Source: Lingula anatina
Lineage: Eukaryota > Animalia > Brachiopoda
Assembly (NCBI GenBank): GCA_051362555.1
Contig: CM120644.1
Coordinates: forward strand, 11,120,567 to 11,184,566
DNA: 64,000 nucleotides
Direction of reading: 5' to 3'
The translations under genes and the position numbers were made by a program. Positions 47,255 through 60,181 of the stretch are shown here, in pieces. The notes beneath the pieces were generated by a model that saw only the letters and a list, made by a program, of their open reading frames with translations, was not told where the DNA came from and made no database searches. Every line of letters starts with the position of its first letter. The stretch's first letter is position 1.

Positions 47255-50200
47255 GCTTATACTACTTGTTTTCTATCTACAAAACAAATCTGCAGTACAA
47301 CAAAACCAGTCCAAAATCACAAATAAAATTCAGAAAAGAAAACCTAAGAAAAACAAAGAAAGGAATGGAACAGAAACAATTTGAAAACAAAAGAGCAAAT
47401 AGAAAAAGTGGAGCCCTACCTCTGCAAGTTTCTCCTGTGTTCTTTTTCTTTAGCAATTCTCTCCTCCTGAGCTCTTCTTGCCTTCTGCTCCACTGTCATG
47501 TGGGCAACTTCAGCCGCCTTCTCCTCTATCTAAAGTTTAAAATACTCCTTAAGATCAAGAGGCATGTACCTCAACATGGGGGTAAAAATCCATGTAAATT
47601 TAATTTACTAACCTGTGTGTGAGTGTTTTGAACTGTGGGATCCATTGACTAACTCTAACCAAATGACACTTTTTTTAAAAATCATTCATTTCATGAATAC
47701 AACATCCATTCACTCGCTTAAATCCGTGTTACAGACAACTGTTACCAAAAATATTGTTTATTGTTAGCAAAAGAATTGATCATTTTCTTACTTCTTTTCT
47801 ATGTTCTCCCAGCTCTTTCCGCCACATAGCCATCTCTATCTCTTGTTCCATCAGGCTACGTCTCGTCTTGGCCATCTTTTTCTCCCTCTCATGACTAGAT
47901 GAAAAATAAAAAATAATATAAATGCTAACAATAACAAACTCACCATTAAAACCACAATGTATAACTTTTTTGAAATATCTAAGCATGGCATTTATTTATT
48001 TTACTTCTGTATTCAAAATATTTTGTAAACAACTGTAAACCATTTAGAGTTCTAAATCAGTGTCTGAATTAAAAAAAAAAAAAAAAAAAAAAAAATTACT
48101 GGCTCATCCGGAGCTGTAGTTCTTTTTCTTCCTCTACTTTCTGTAGGTTTTCCTCGGCTACAGCATGCTTGTACTCTATAGACGCTTTCAGATCTTCTAA
48201 GTCCTCTCTGGAAATAAAATATTTAAGACCTTTTAATTATATTGCTTGCTTCTATATTTTTAGTTTATATCTAGAATATTTCTGTGTACATTTCAGAACT
48301 AGGAATTACTTTTTTATGCTATGCCTTTTAGGGTATTAGCATATATATAAACAAGGATCCACTTCTTTAAGAAATAAGATAATGCTTGAGACGTTTAATC
48401 TTGGATTTAAAAACTGCCTTCAGTGTTATTAAGTTCTTTGATTAATATGCGGTTATTATCTGTTAATTTTTTGGATATGAAGGTTTTGGGGCAACTTAAC
48501 CTGACATGTAGTGTTCAGGAAATTATAATAGTACTAGGGTAGAGGAATTAAGCATTTAGAGATTCTTTCCAAAATAAATGGATTTGTTTATTGCAAAATA
48601 ATTATACTAAATGATGTTGTATTAATAGAAGTTTGTTACTTGCCCACAGATTATCAAGTAGTTTATCGGGTGTATTGTGGGGGAAAGGAGACATAGGACA
48701 AAGAAAGAATATACTGCAAGGATAATGGGACACTGCAAGGATAATCTGATATACCATAAGGATAATGGGATATTGTCAGATTATAAATATTTCAGAGGAT
48801 AACACTGTACTGCAGGTATAATGGGCGGTCAACAAATAACTGAATATGTACGGATAATGGAATATCAATGGGTAATTGGAATAAAAAAAGGACTAAAAAT
48901 GAGAGGATACTGTGGATTTGTTTAAAAAAAATTATCACAAAATTATTCCAAAGAAAACCAGAATTACTGTTTCTATCTAGTTTATATATTTCATTAATGT
49001 GTGTTAATGGTACATATAAACTAATATGTTCAAGAAATGTGTTATTTATACTTCTACAGTGAGATAATGACAAAAAAAAGCATCACTTGGTTAGGGTTAG
49101 TCAATGAATCCCACAGTTCAAAACATTCACACACAGGCTAGTAAATTAAATGGATTTTTCTCTTTGGTTACCAGCACAACATACAGTGTGACAGTCATTA
49201 TCTGATAACTATCCAGTGTCAGTTGTCTTATTTTTTCTTTCATTTATAAGATGTTAATACCATATATATTGGTCACTCTGCTTCTGCTTCTTTTTTACCT
49301 CTTTAACTCATCAATCTGTGATTTTCTTTGTTCCTGCCGACGCTTTATGACAGCGTTGGCAACCTTGCGTTGCTAAAATGACAAAATTTCATAATGTGTA
49401 ACTACCAATGTATAACACCACACACACACTCATACACCTCAACTAAATCCATCAGTGGCAAAGTATGAAGCAGGATGAGATGAGTTTCAGCTGTGCAGGA
49501 AATGGACACAAAGTGTCACGATTGATTGAATGATTGGCCATTTGATTGATTGGTAGACTGCTTTTGATTGACTGCAGCCAAATGAACAGAACAATTGTGA
49601 TACTTCTCATCCAGAAGAACCTGCTTCACATTTGCCTACATGGACCCCAAGCCCTGGCTAGTGCTCAAAGTAGGCCCTGTAAAAGAGGGTTTACCTCCGA
49701 GATTTGGCGATTTCTTCCTTTCTCTGCTGAACACGTTTAGCTACAGCTTCTTTAGCATATTTCCTTTGCTGAAAGAAAAGCACTCTTGCAAGGTTAGCTA
49801 GGTTGTAAATCACCGAGTTGTACAGTGAAGTCCCTGCTTGGTTTGCCTTCCCATGCTGTGTTCAATATTAAGACAGAAAACTAAAACAAAAATATCTAGA
49901 CACTGCAAACAATGCTCTACATTTCAGGTGTTTCAGCTAAGCATGTGTCAGATTTGGGGGTAAACAAGCATGGTATACATAATATTAGTATGTCATATGA
50001 AAATATGTAGATCAGTAAAATAATGAAATTGCAAAGGAACAAAAGTATTGCAAGGAGTACCGTCTGTGAATGTCAAATTTTAATTTCAATACATTGTACC
50101 TTTGAAAAAAAATACTGAAAATAATACATGAATAAATATCAAATTAATCTAAGGCATATCAGTACTGTAATCTGCTGACTATAACTGGATTATGCTGTTA

Positions 50201-52313
50201 CATCAGTGTACAATTCTTACCATTAATTCTTTCTGTTCCTTGCTCTCTTTTTTGGAGTTGGCTCTCTTCAAATTATTTTCCAATTTTTTCTTCATCTGTT
50301 CCCTGTACTCTTCCTCTTCCTGTTCCTTCAGCTGCAGGGCACGCTCCACAGATCTCTTTCTTTCAAGTTCCTTCTTCTTCTTCTCCATAACTTTCTGAGC
50401 CTACAAGAGATATTACTAGGTTAAAGTGTACTTATCTACAATGACTTTTTCCTTGTAAAAGGTGACTTACAGATTTAAAAAAAATTATTTTTAGACAGTT
50501 TTTAATTTCTGTCAAATGTCTTTGATGGTACATACTCAAAATATTCCATTTTTTCAAAAAACATATTGAAATATATCACAGGAAAACTATGCTGTAGGTG
50601 GCAGCACATATCAAGACAGCCTTACCTTAGCCTCCTGCTGTTTCCTATGCAGCTCTTCCCACTGTTTCTGCTTGAATTCAAGGTACTGCTTCCTATCCAT
50701 CTTCAGGGCCAGCTCTTCTTCCTTCAGCTTGGCCAGCTGCTCAGCCTGCAAAGCACAATCAGCCTGATACCGATTGGACTTAAGAAGTATATGTTTTTGG
50801 TTACATCATTACCACACCAGCTACGTGAATATACAGTACATTAACAGTTCAAGAAGTGCCCAAACAAATATTTAGAGCTATCACTTGTCGAAAGATAAAC
50901 AAATTAACTAATAAGGTATTCAGATGTCTGAGGACCAGTGGCTTTCCTGTCATCTGCGCTTTTTCACACTGAAGCATTTATCGCAACTTGAGCCATCACA
51001 GCTGACATTTACAATCTGTTTAAATATACCATTAAATAAAACCAAGAGGCTTTACACCCAATTAAATCTACTTGTTATGCAAATTCTATTTCTTACAGGT
51101 GCTTGCACACTCTAAATGTTTTCCTTTCCAAAAGTATAAATAAAAATACAGTCAATCAAAACTTGTCACCAAAAACTTAATTTAAACGATATCAGATATT
51201 TTCCTGGTCACAGTTTTGAAATCCAGTGAGAAATAAATACTTAATATATCACTCACATGCTGTATGGCGCTGTTAGATCTACGCAGGCGGCCATTGCTGG
51301 GTTTGGTCATACTGTGGCGTCTTTGGTTCTCTGTGGTCTGTTTCTCAGCTCGCCTCTGTTCATCCCAGCTGAGCTTGGCGTCGCGCTGGAGCTGATTCTG
51401 ATAAGCCTCCTCTTCATGCTTGCTCATCATAAGCTCCAGGATTCTTTGGTCCTACAATGGAAACAGGTTTGATTTGATATATCGTTTTTAAAAAAATAAT
51501 CAAATTGAAAGGCATTCAAGATTAAGCATACCAAGGGTACATTATTTATGTACCTATTATAGTTTATCCTGATTGTACAGTGAACCAACTCTCTAGCTGT
51601 GTCTTACAAAAGGTAAACATGCATGCACATAATATACATGTTCACACAAATATCTTGTTTTATTTAAATCAAATTGTACATTTTTAACTCAACTCAGATA
51701 AGAATAGATACTTTGTCATAAGAAGTCCATCCTTACTTTCCCATCACATAATGTTTATGACAATTAGCAAAGACAGCAAAAATATCTGAATATTTCATTA
51801 ATCTATACTTAAAGGAACTATAAAAATTGATAATGTCCAAAAGGTACCAAAACAAAAAGAGTGCCAACCGTGAAATAGGCCTGTAAGCTACAAACATCCT
51901 AGATGAAACTCAGAGCAGAGACACTACATATGGCTGTCTAGAAATAACTCTTATTTTGTCATTGGTTTACCATAAACGGTGCTTGTTGCTTATCTCCTGG
52001 CATGAGAACATGTTATAAATATATCTTAAAGCCCATACTAAGTAAAGAATGAATGAGACTTGGGTGAATGCTTAGTGGATGATGTTGTGATCTGCATATA
52101 TAACTAGTTAGTATATACACATATATAAGGACCTTCATCTCTTTTGACTCTGTTACTACCACAGGTAGAGACTAGTAACAAAATGGATTTAAAGGCAGTT
52201 CTCATCAAAAAGAAATAAGTATCATTGTTAGTTCTTCATGTTAGCATAACATTTAACTGCTAGGATGTCATCATTATTCACAATGACAGAAAATAGGAAA
52301 CGAGTTTGTGTAT

Positions 52314-52352
<39 letters not shown>

Positions 52353-55300
52353 TATTCAATATTACTACACCTTCTTGCTGATCCCTTTGGGGACTGCAAT
52401 ACCTTTACCCAAAACTAAAGATGGAGTAGTAAAAACAGGATCCATTATAGAAGTAAAAAATCACACCATCCCCTCACAAGTTCTTGCGATGAAATACAAA
52501 TCTGACTAATATGACTTAGTGTACAAAAAAAAAAAAAAAAAACCCTGACCCAAAAAGGGCATTGAAATACTTTGTTTAGGAGGAGGTGGCTGATGCAGCA
52601 TCTTTGAAGAGGACTTAAATTAAAATTCAATTTGATGTCAGTCAAAATCTCACCAGGGGTTTGACACACATGATGAACACAATACGTGGTTACCCACTAG
52701 GGCCACAAATATGAGAAAATATATGAAAACGTTGCGTCTGAAAGCAGCATTCACTTAAATTCACTTCATCTGGCCCTTTCTTTTTTAAATAAAAAGAGAA
52801 GAACTTGGAAAAAAAAAGAGGGAAATTCTCAGACTTAAGTCTATTTTTGATCTGTGTTAGTCCTCTATAAAAAAATATGGCCTTCAACTGGAATATATTC
52901 TTATTCTTTTCAATGTAAACGCCCCTTTACCTCCAAAAGAAAAACAATGCCATCTACTTACCCTTAATTGCAACCTTATTAACTTCCATCTCATATCATA
53001 CCTATGCATTTTGGAGTTTCTCAATTAAATTATACAGATGATCACGCCAAAACAAATAAATCTACACACTCTTCCTTCTTGGTTTAATAATAATAATAAT
53101 AATAATCTTAACATTCCCTCACTCTTTCAACTCCCTAGCTCAAGGTATGTTAATTTTCTTGTAACTGTCTGGAACATTAAGGTCAAGTTGTTTTTTCTGA
53201 CCCCCCAGGGAAGAGAAGAGGTATTTCAGGTAGATTTAAGCTATGATCCACAATCTCCAGGGGCTAGAGAAGTGGGACTCTACACATACTTCACATTAAG
53301 TGTATATTTAGTAAGATGTAAGGCGAGTTCGAACTCGTATCTACTTAAACTGTAAACAGTCCAAATGACTTATCTTAGCAAAAGGGCTGCTTAAGGACAC
53401 CCATCAGGCTTGAGAATTTCAAATCCTATGTTGCACAGTCAGGACGTCTAGTGATGTCATCTAGGTTATTTCTAATTCTAAGTTAGCCCAGGTGTGAATG
53501 CTACTCACGAGTCAAGTTTCTAGCCACAGGTGTGTTGAATATTTCTAAAATGTTGTCGTGAAATTATAACATATCACCATAAAAATTCCCCATTCAAGCT
53601 TAAAAGAGAAAAACACTATTTATAGAAAAAAAAAATAATGACATCAGTTTTCTTTTCAACAGAACTTGTGCTCAACACAGCAGACAAATTTCAACTTAAC
53701 ATCCGGTACTGAATACAGATAAAGTTGGGCATATAGCCTAATAGCCTTGATAAACAAAGTCAGCAGACTTTAAAATTTACACTTATTTTTATTTATTTAT
53801 TTATTTATTTATCTGTTCACACCTGAAACAAAATCATCTCCCAAGGGTGCACACAATCCAGGCAGCAAAAATAAGAACACAATACAAGATAACACAGAGC
53901 ACCAGTCTGACACAGCACTAACTGTACAACCCTTAACACACAGTGAACTAACTAGAGGATCAGAGAGGCGATACCGCCTCCAAATATTGTACCACCAGCT
54001 GGAGCAAACGCATTCGTATAGACCCCCACATACACAAAATAAGGGACACAGCCACCAGTTTTGTGCTTGACAAGCTGTAAAAATGCAATCAACAAGAATT
54101 TTTAAACTATTGCAAAAAATATATATGGTACAATCAAATTTAAGTTCTTCGTAAGGTAGGTCAAGGGTCAATTTCAAGGTCACAGTAAATTGCCAGTATA
54201 TGACTTCCTATTCAAGTTCAAGAGTAACTATGGACCTATCTCTGTCAAGTTTGAAGTTAAAAGAGAAAGAAATAAACAGAGTTCAATTCATGATAAAAAG
54301 TAGGTCAAAGGTCAATTTCAAGGTCACATTTAGATTACCAGTATAGGACTTCCTATTCAACTTCAATAGTAACTATGGACCTATCTCAGCCAGTTTTGGA
54401 GATAAAAGGGAAGCAAAATTTGCAAAGTTCAGTTCATGGTGAAAAGTAGGTCAAAGGTCAATTTCAAGGTCACATTTAGATTACCAGTATATGACTTCCT
54501 ATTCAAGTTCAATAGTAACTATGGACCTATCTCTGCCAGTTTTGGAGATAAAAGGGAAGCAAAATTTGCAAAGTTCAGTTTATGGTGAAAAGTAGGACAA
54601 AGGTCAATTTTAAGGTCACATTTAGATTGCCAGTATATGACTTCCTATTCAAGTTCAATAGTAACTATGGACCTATCTCTGCCAGTTTTGGAGATAAAAG
54701 GGAAGCAAATTTTGCAAAGTTCAGTTTATGGTGAAAAGTAGGTCAAAGGTCAATTTCAAGGTCACATTTAGATTGCCAGTATATGACTTCCTATTCAAGT
54801 TCAATAGTAACTATGGACCTATCTCAGCCAGTTTTGGAGATAAAAGGAAAGCAAAATTTGCAAAATTCAGTTGATGGTGAAAAGTAGGTCAAAGGTCAAT
54901 TTTAATGTCACATATAGATTGCCAGTATATGACTTCCTATTCAAGTTCAATAGTAACTACGGACCTATCTCTGCCAGTTTTGGAGATAAAAGGAAAGCAA
55001 AATTTGCAAAATTCAGTTCATGGTGTAAAGTAGGTCAAAGGTCAATTTTAAGGTCACATTTAGATTGCCAGTATATGACTTCCTATTCAAGTTCAATAGT
55101 AACTATGGACCTATCTCTGCCAGTTTTGGAGATAAAAGGGAAGAAAAATTTGCAAAGTTCAGTTCATGGTGAAAAGTAGGTCAAAGGTCAATTTCAAGGT
55201 CATAGTAAGATTGCCAGTATATGACTTCCTATTCAACTTCAATAGTAACTATGGACCTATCTCTGCCAGTTTTGGAGATATAAGGGACTAGATGTTATAA

Positions 55301-58300
55301 TTTTGGAGTTACCATAATGTGCCTTAAATTTCGTACAGAAAAAAATTAATTAAAATAAAGAAAATGTCATTTTGGTCAAAATTCTTGAAATAGGAGGTGC
55401 TCTGAAGTTTCAGAAGTTCAAATTTGATGAAATAATGTCATTTTTGAACACAAGTTGTCTGCTTTGCCAAGCCTTATGTTTTATTTTTCCAGAGTTCAAA
55501 ATTTATTATCCATTACCGTACTGCACATTTTGCTTTTACCACCAATATGTACTTTTTGATACAGCGTAACTCGAAAACCGTATGGAATACAAAAAAACCG
55601 AGACCACCTCCAGTGTTGGGCTTTACATGCTCTACAAAATGCAAAAAAGAATGGGTCTCTAGCATTAACGGTTCCCGAATTAGAGACAGTTTTCAGTTTC
55701 GGTATCTTATGGCCGCTACTCCCGTGAAAATGCACCGATTGACCCCAAATTCATGGAGATGAAAGATGACCTGAAGGGTAACACTTTCCAATAATATTAT
55801 TGGTTAAGTCTGTGTGGTGTCTGAACAAAAGGGCAAAAAAATTTTTTTTCGTAAAAAATTTCATTTTTTTGAAAATTTTGGCCCATTTGACCTTGAAGTA
55901 GAGGTCAAAGGTCAAATCCAAGGGTATATTTGAAATCTACACATATGACTTTTGGAAAGCCGTCTATAGAAATTTTTCCCATAACTCCTTCCGTAGGGTA
56001 GATAATTAGCATTTAATATTGCCATTTTTAGACAAGGGTGCATTGCAATGAGTGCCACACCCAGACCCCAATACCGACAAAGCCCAAATTTTACGTGGAA
56101 CGAGTTGAGATTATAGGTGACCTAAATCCATGAGATGGGTACGGGGGCCCTTACCGTCTAGGAGGAGAAGCGGTAACGGTAGCCGTCCGGCGGAGCCGGC
56201 GGAGCCAACGGAGCCGGCAGAGCCGGCGGAACGATCCGGACGGGACCGAAACCATGTGTACCGCCAGCGCTAACGCTGGTGGTACAATTAAATACTGGAC
56301 ATCACACAACAGGTGACAATATCTACATCACACTGGACAATTACAACAGTAAAGTTCAGTGTCTACATAACACTGAATAGTGCTAGACAACACCTAACAC
56401 TGACCATTGCTGGACAACATATAATGACCATGTAATGACCACAACACACACGAAGTACACATTTTCTTCCTTGGTGCAAACTGCTTAGAAGCCACCATAA
56501 TGGTTCCATTAGAGCCGATCTGCATAGAAGATCAGACTTCTACACAATCTAAATGACCATCAAAGGTACTTTCCTAACAGATACACCAAGTACACCAAGT
56601 TAACTGTTAGAAGGGTCAAATTCTTCACATCAATAGCAGACTGAGAAACAAATAAGAACAGTGCTTCTATTTATGCCAGTAGGCTATGTGGCGCTCTATT
56701 ATCATAGGGGGACAGTGTCTGTGGCTATTGATATCAACCTGATAAAATGTCATAATATTTGTGACACTATTAAGACAGTGCACTATGGGTAGAAAGCTAT
56801 GTACTGAATACATATGACTTACAACATGGTCAGTTTCTTTGTCTAAGCAATTTTCAACAGTTTTTTCTAAATGTTAGAATTTTTTGACTATAATAGAAAC
56901 AATCGTAATCAGTATTAATGGATAATGAGATATGAATTTCAAACAATTATGAATGTAATCAGCTGTTCTCTTTATAAACATTACAGAATTTATATAAAAG
57001 TGAGTGAAACAAAATGCAGTTTTTCCTTGGTCAAAAGATGCCGACTCATAACATGGCCTGACAAGGTCAAATCTAGATGGTACCATACCAGCCACAACAT
57101 GAAAACCTCACTGTTATTTCATATTTCTTTATTCACCTATCAAAACTACTGCCCACAGCAACCAATCATGCAAAGTAAAGAATGTGGCCACTATATTCCC
57201 ACGCAAGCAATTTTTTATGTACTCTTCACAGGTACAAACTGTATCAGATATTTTCATTCTAGATTGAAGACAGGAATAAATGTAAAATGAATTTTGAAGG
57301 AAAAAAGTTGTCTCACTTCAAAAAATGTGCCAAATCTTTCCAAAGAAAAACGTAAAATATACTGAGTGGTAAATATTCATGAGGAATTTTTCATTTTTCC
57401 ACCAGTAATCTGAGTTACTGTTGTTATATGTAGCACAAGCTGCACAACATTGGATATCCAAATTGTTACCCTTTCTGTACACTTTTTCATTTTCCCCATA
57501 AACTGGATATTACAGTCAACATTTATATTAGTACTGATAAACAAATAGCTTTCATATCTTATACCTCACTGGGACAACAAACAAACATCTCCTTCAGACA
57601 TGTAATTTCATCAACAGCTAAAGCACTGTCACCAGAATTCATTTCAAATGACAGCCATGCTTTACCTGTCTCCTAACAAGACCATCAACATGGAGGGCAC
57701 AGTTTTTTGTCAATACTGTGTCACCAAAAACCAATACAAATGCAGACCACATTTCAACTGTCTACTTACCATGCCATAAAAGGTGTTCTAACAAACGTGA
57801 TTGTTTTTGTCTTACTTTTTTTTACAAGACTCATAAAGATGTCCTTGCGAGGCTTTGACCTTAGACTGTAACTGTTGTTTTTGTTGGTTGTGAGTCATGA
57901 ACTCGTAGACAGGGTTTGTGATACATGGTAAGAGATGAGGGTGTTGCTGTCGCCCCAGTCTCTCTAATTGATATGTTTTCTGAAGTCTTATTTAACAAAA
58001 GACAGGACATTAGTGTCCTAAGGGAATTTCCACAAGTTTGTCTTCGTGCAGTCTATAAAAGGTATATCCGATCGATTCATTATATGAGACAGTCAATTTT
58101 TTTCTAGGAGGATCATATTCAATATCTCTCTCTACCCTCCCCCTCTCTCTTTCTTCTCCCCCCCCCCTCCCCCCTTTCTTCTTTGGTCCCATTCCTACCA
58201 ATAAGTGTAAACGACCTAGCATAAATTTAAAATATGAAACTAAAAGTATTATGTAGTTCAATAAATCAATATGACATCTAAAGAATATCTCTGGACAAAA

Positions 58301-58785
58301 GTCACCAAGGGCAGTGGTGTCCCCTGTGCACACAGACAGTAAATCACACTGACGTCATATCTGAACTAGACTAATAGGTAAGTCTTCATTTATTTTCACT
58401 GTCAACCAAGTAATGGGAAGGTGCCTTTACACTCAAGCTGTTATGGTCTAACATAGGACTTTCTCACTTAGAGAAGTCTTAGTTAGGACTAAGTTGGGCA
58501 TGAAATTGCAATCTTCAACTGCAGGGACCTTGTAATATATTTCATCCCTTGACCTGTTGTAACTGAAAAAATATGCCTGTCATGAGTTGTTTCTTATCTT
58601 ATTCTGTATCTATTTTATATTTGTCATTATTATCATTACCTATTTTGTATTATTTATTTTCCTTCTCTCCTTATTTCATTAGTTATAGTCATCATCCATT
58701 TATTCATTTATTTATCTGTAAAATTATGAATAAAACTTCTCAGTCGAACACAAAACCAGCAGCAGTATGCCACCAGTCCAGTGTC

Positions 58786-58835
<50 letters not shown>

Positions 58836-60181
58836 CAATGTGTAATCAGTTCCGTGTCATCTATGCACTGGGGCAGTGAGAGAGGAGAGAGTCAGAAGCA
58901 CAGAGAGAGAGGGGAGAGATCATATCTGGATGTTGTGCCTGGGTTAATAACAACCACAGTACAGATGGGACAGCTGATTACAACCTGCTAGGTGACAGGG
59001 ACCAGTAGAAACAACATGTGGTCAACACTTTAATATGCACTTAACACAGCCATCCACAGATTTGGTGGTGTTATTAAATGGCCGTCCCAATGGAAAAGTT
59101 TTTATTTTCAAGAGGTTTTTTATTACACATTTCCATTTTTTTTCTTCTATATTAAATTTTACTTTTATTTAATTATATTTCATTTTCTTACTATTCCTTA
59201 CTCTTTAAAAATTGTTTTTCGCCACTAATTTTGTGCTGGTATTGAATGTTATGAAAGTTGTTGGGGGGATAAACTCCTATTTAGACTGCTCTGTTGTTGC
59301 TTTTGCAACTACTTAAATTAACAAATCTATCACTTGCTTAAATGCACTTTAAAAAATAACACACCTTCATTTTTAAACAGACCAGCATTAAAACATCTAC
59401 TTGGAAGTCAGATCCCTTGCTGTCACCAAGACAGATACAGTTACAGTACTGTAAAGCCCTCCCTTCTATAGCTATTACACCACACAGTAACACATAACAT
59501 GGGTTGACACTTACTTAAGTTACATCCAATGCTCAAATAAACCCCCCATCTCACAGCCACTTAGCCTGCTCTCACGGAATACATCCAGGTACTTGAACAC
59601 GCACTTCCCCATTGTGTCAGGATGAGATAACAGTTTCATCAAGCAGAGAATTAGTTACATTGATTTCCATTGCTGTGTTCGCTACCAGAAGGGTTACCTC
59701 AGAGCTTATGTCACACCAAGAAAAAAGAGTGGACTTTTCAATAGATGCAGAATGTACAGCCTGATGTTAATGCTTAAATATGATACTGTCATGGAGTCTA
59801 GTGAGCACTTGAATTTTTGTACCTTGTTGGATAAGAATTGCAATTTGTCAGCTAAGGTTTCAAATTCACCCATTACAGCACCAAGTACAAGTTAACATTT
59901 TCCTTATCCTGAAACCTACAGCTGGGAGTATTTTTTGAAAAATCCACCCAAGGTGACCACAAATAAAAATCTCACAGTGGCTTGCCCATATTTACAAGTT
60001 CCCCAGGCCAACCACCCCTCTATACAACCCCCCTTGTCACCTGTTTCAAATCCGTCCTCTTTTTCCTCACATCTGGCGTGCTGATGGTGCGGTTGAACAT
60101 TTTCTTCCTCGGCGCAAGGGGCACGGGTGTCACGCACATGCGTCGCTTCACGACGTGACTGTCAGGGTCTTCTTTCGACAT
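46590..60181 (-). CDS. Coiled-coil protein of the CCDC177/CCDC185 (DUF4659) family, ~433 aa in the longest supported isoform
   Basis: Exons (minus): first exon 60181-60041 (or alternative 52445-52371), 51451-51257, 50745-50626, 50400-50221, either 49768-49695 or 49372-49299, 48207-48100, 47894-47792, 47529-47420, 47182-47074, 46751-46590. All introns GT-AG with consistent phases. The product is an E/K/Q/R-rich coiled coil with DQRILELMMSKHEEE (cf. CCDC177 DRKIAALMLARHQEE) and C-terminal SRAIAAQSQQLRDDIRRSYNADSFDKKAKQV (cf. [30 protein letters not shown]). The 5' end is less certain. Confidence 0.82.
47584..49159. repeat. Long-range ~90-bp inverted repeat (arms 47584-47676 and 49072-49159) in introns of the CCDC177-like gene
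   Basis: Arms are reverse complements apart from 7 transitions and one short indel. Confidence 0.9.
48709..48880 (+). repeat. Degenerate ~20-bp tandem repeat
   Basis: ATACTGCAAGGATAATGGGA-like units. Confidence 0.7.
49299..49372 (-). other. Mutually exclusive exon B (74 nt, QRKVANAVIKRRQEQRKSQIDELKR)
   Basis: cattttag acceptor, gtaaaa donor, phase 0 to 2; aligns without gaps to exon A. Confidence 0.85.
49695..49768 (-). other. Mutually exclusive exon A (74 nt, QRKYAKEAVAKRVQQRKEEIAKSRR)
   Basis: cttttctttcag acceptor, gtaaac donor, phase 0 to 2. Confidence 0.85.
52314..52352. repeat. (GA)n microsatellite
   Basis: Direct reading. Confidence 0.95.
52371..52445 (-). other. Candidate alternative first coding exon of the CCDC177-like gene (MDPVFTTPSLVLGKGIAVPKGISKK)
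   Basis: ATG plus 24 open codons ending AAG|gtgtag in phase 0; joins in frame to DQRILELM. Confidence 0.5.
53951..56287 (-). mobile_element. Non-autonomous Helentron-type element (HINE/DINE-1-like), copy 2
   Basis: Same termini and core as 16612-18191, with an expanded internal array. Confidence 0.88.
54157..55287. repeat. 146-bp satellite array (~7.8 units) inside the HINE
   Basis: Unit starts at 54157, 54301, 54447, 54593, 54739, 54885, 55031, 55177. Confidence 0.97.
58788..58833. repeat. (AG)n microsatellite
   Basis: Direct reading. Confidence 0.95.

Noticed and set aside
53325-53338. Perfect palindrome CGAGTTCGAACTCG resembling a B box
   Set aside because: No A box or tRNA context; likely the centre of a tiny decayed MITE
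54157-55287. Regular repeat array as a CRISPR
   Set aside because: Whole 146-bp units repeat with no unique spacers, there are no cas genes, and the context is eukaryotic
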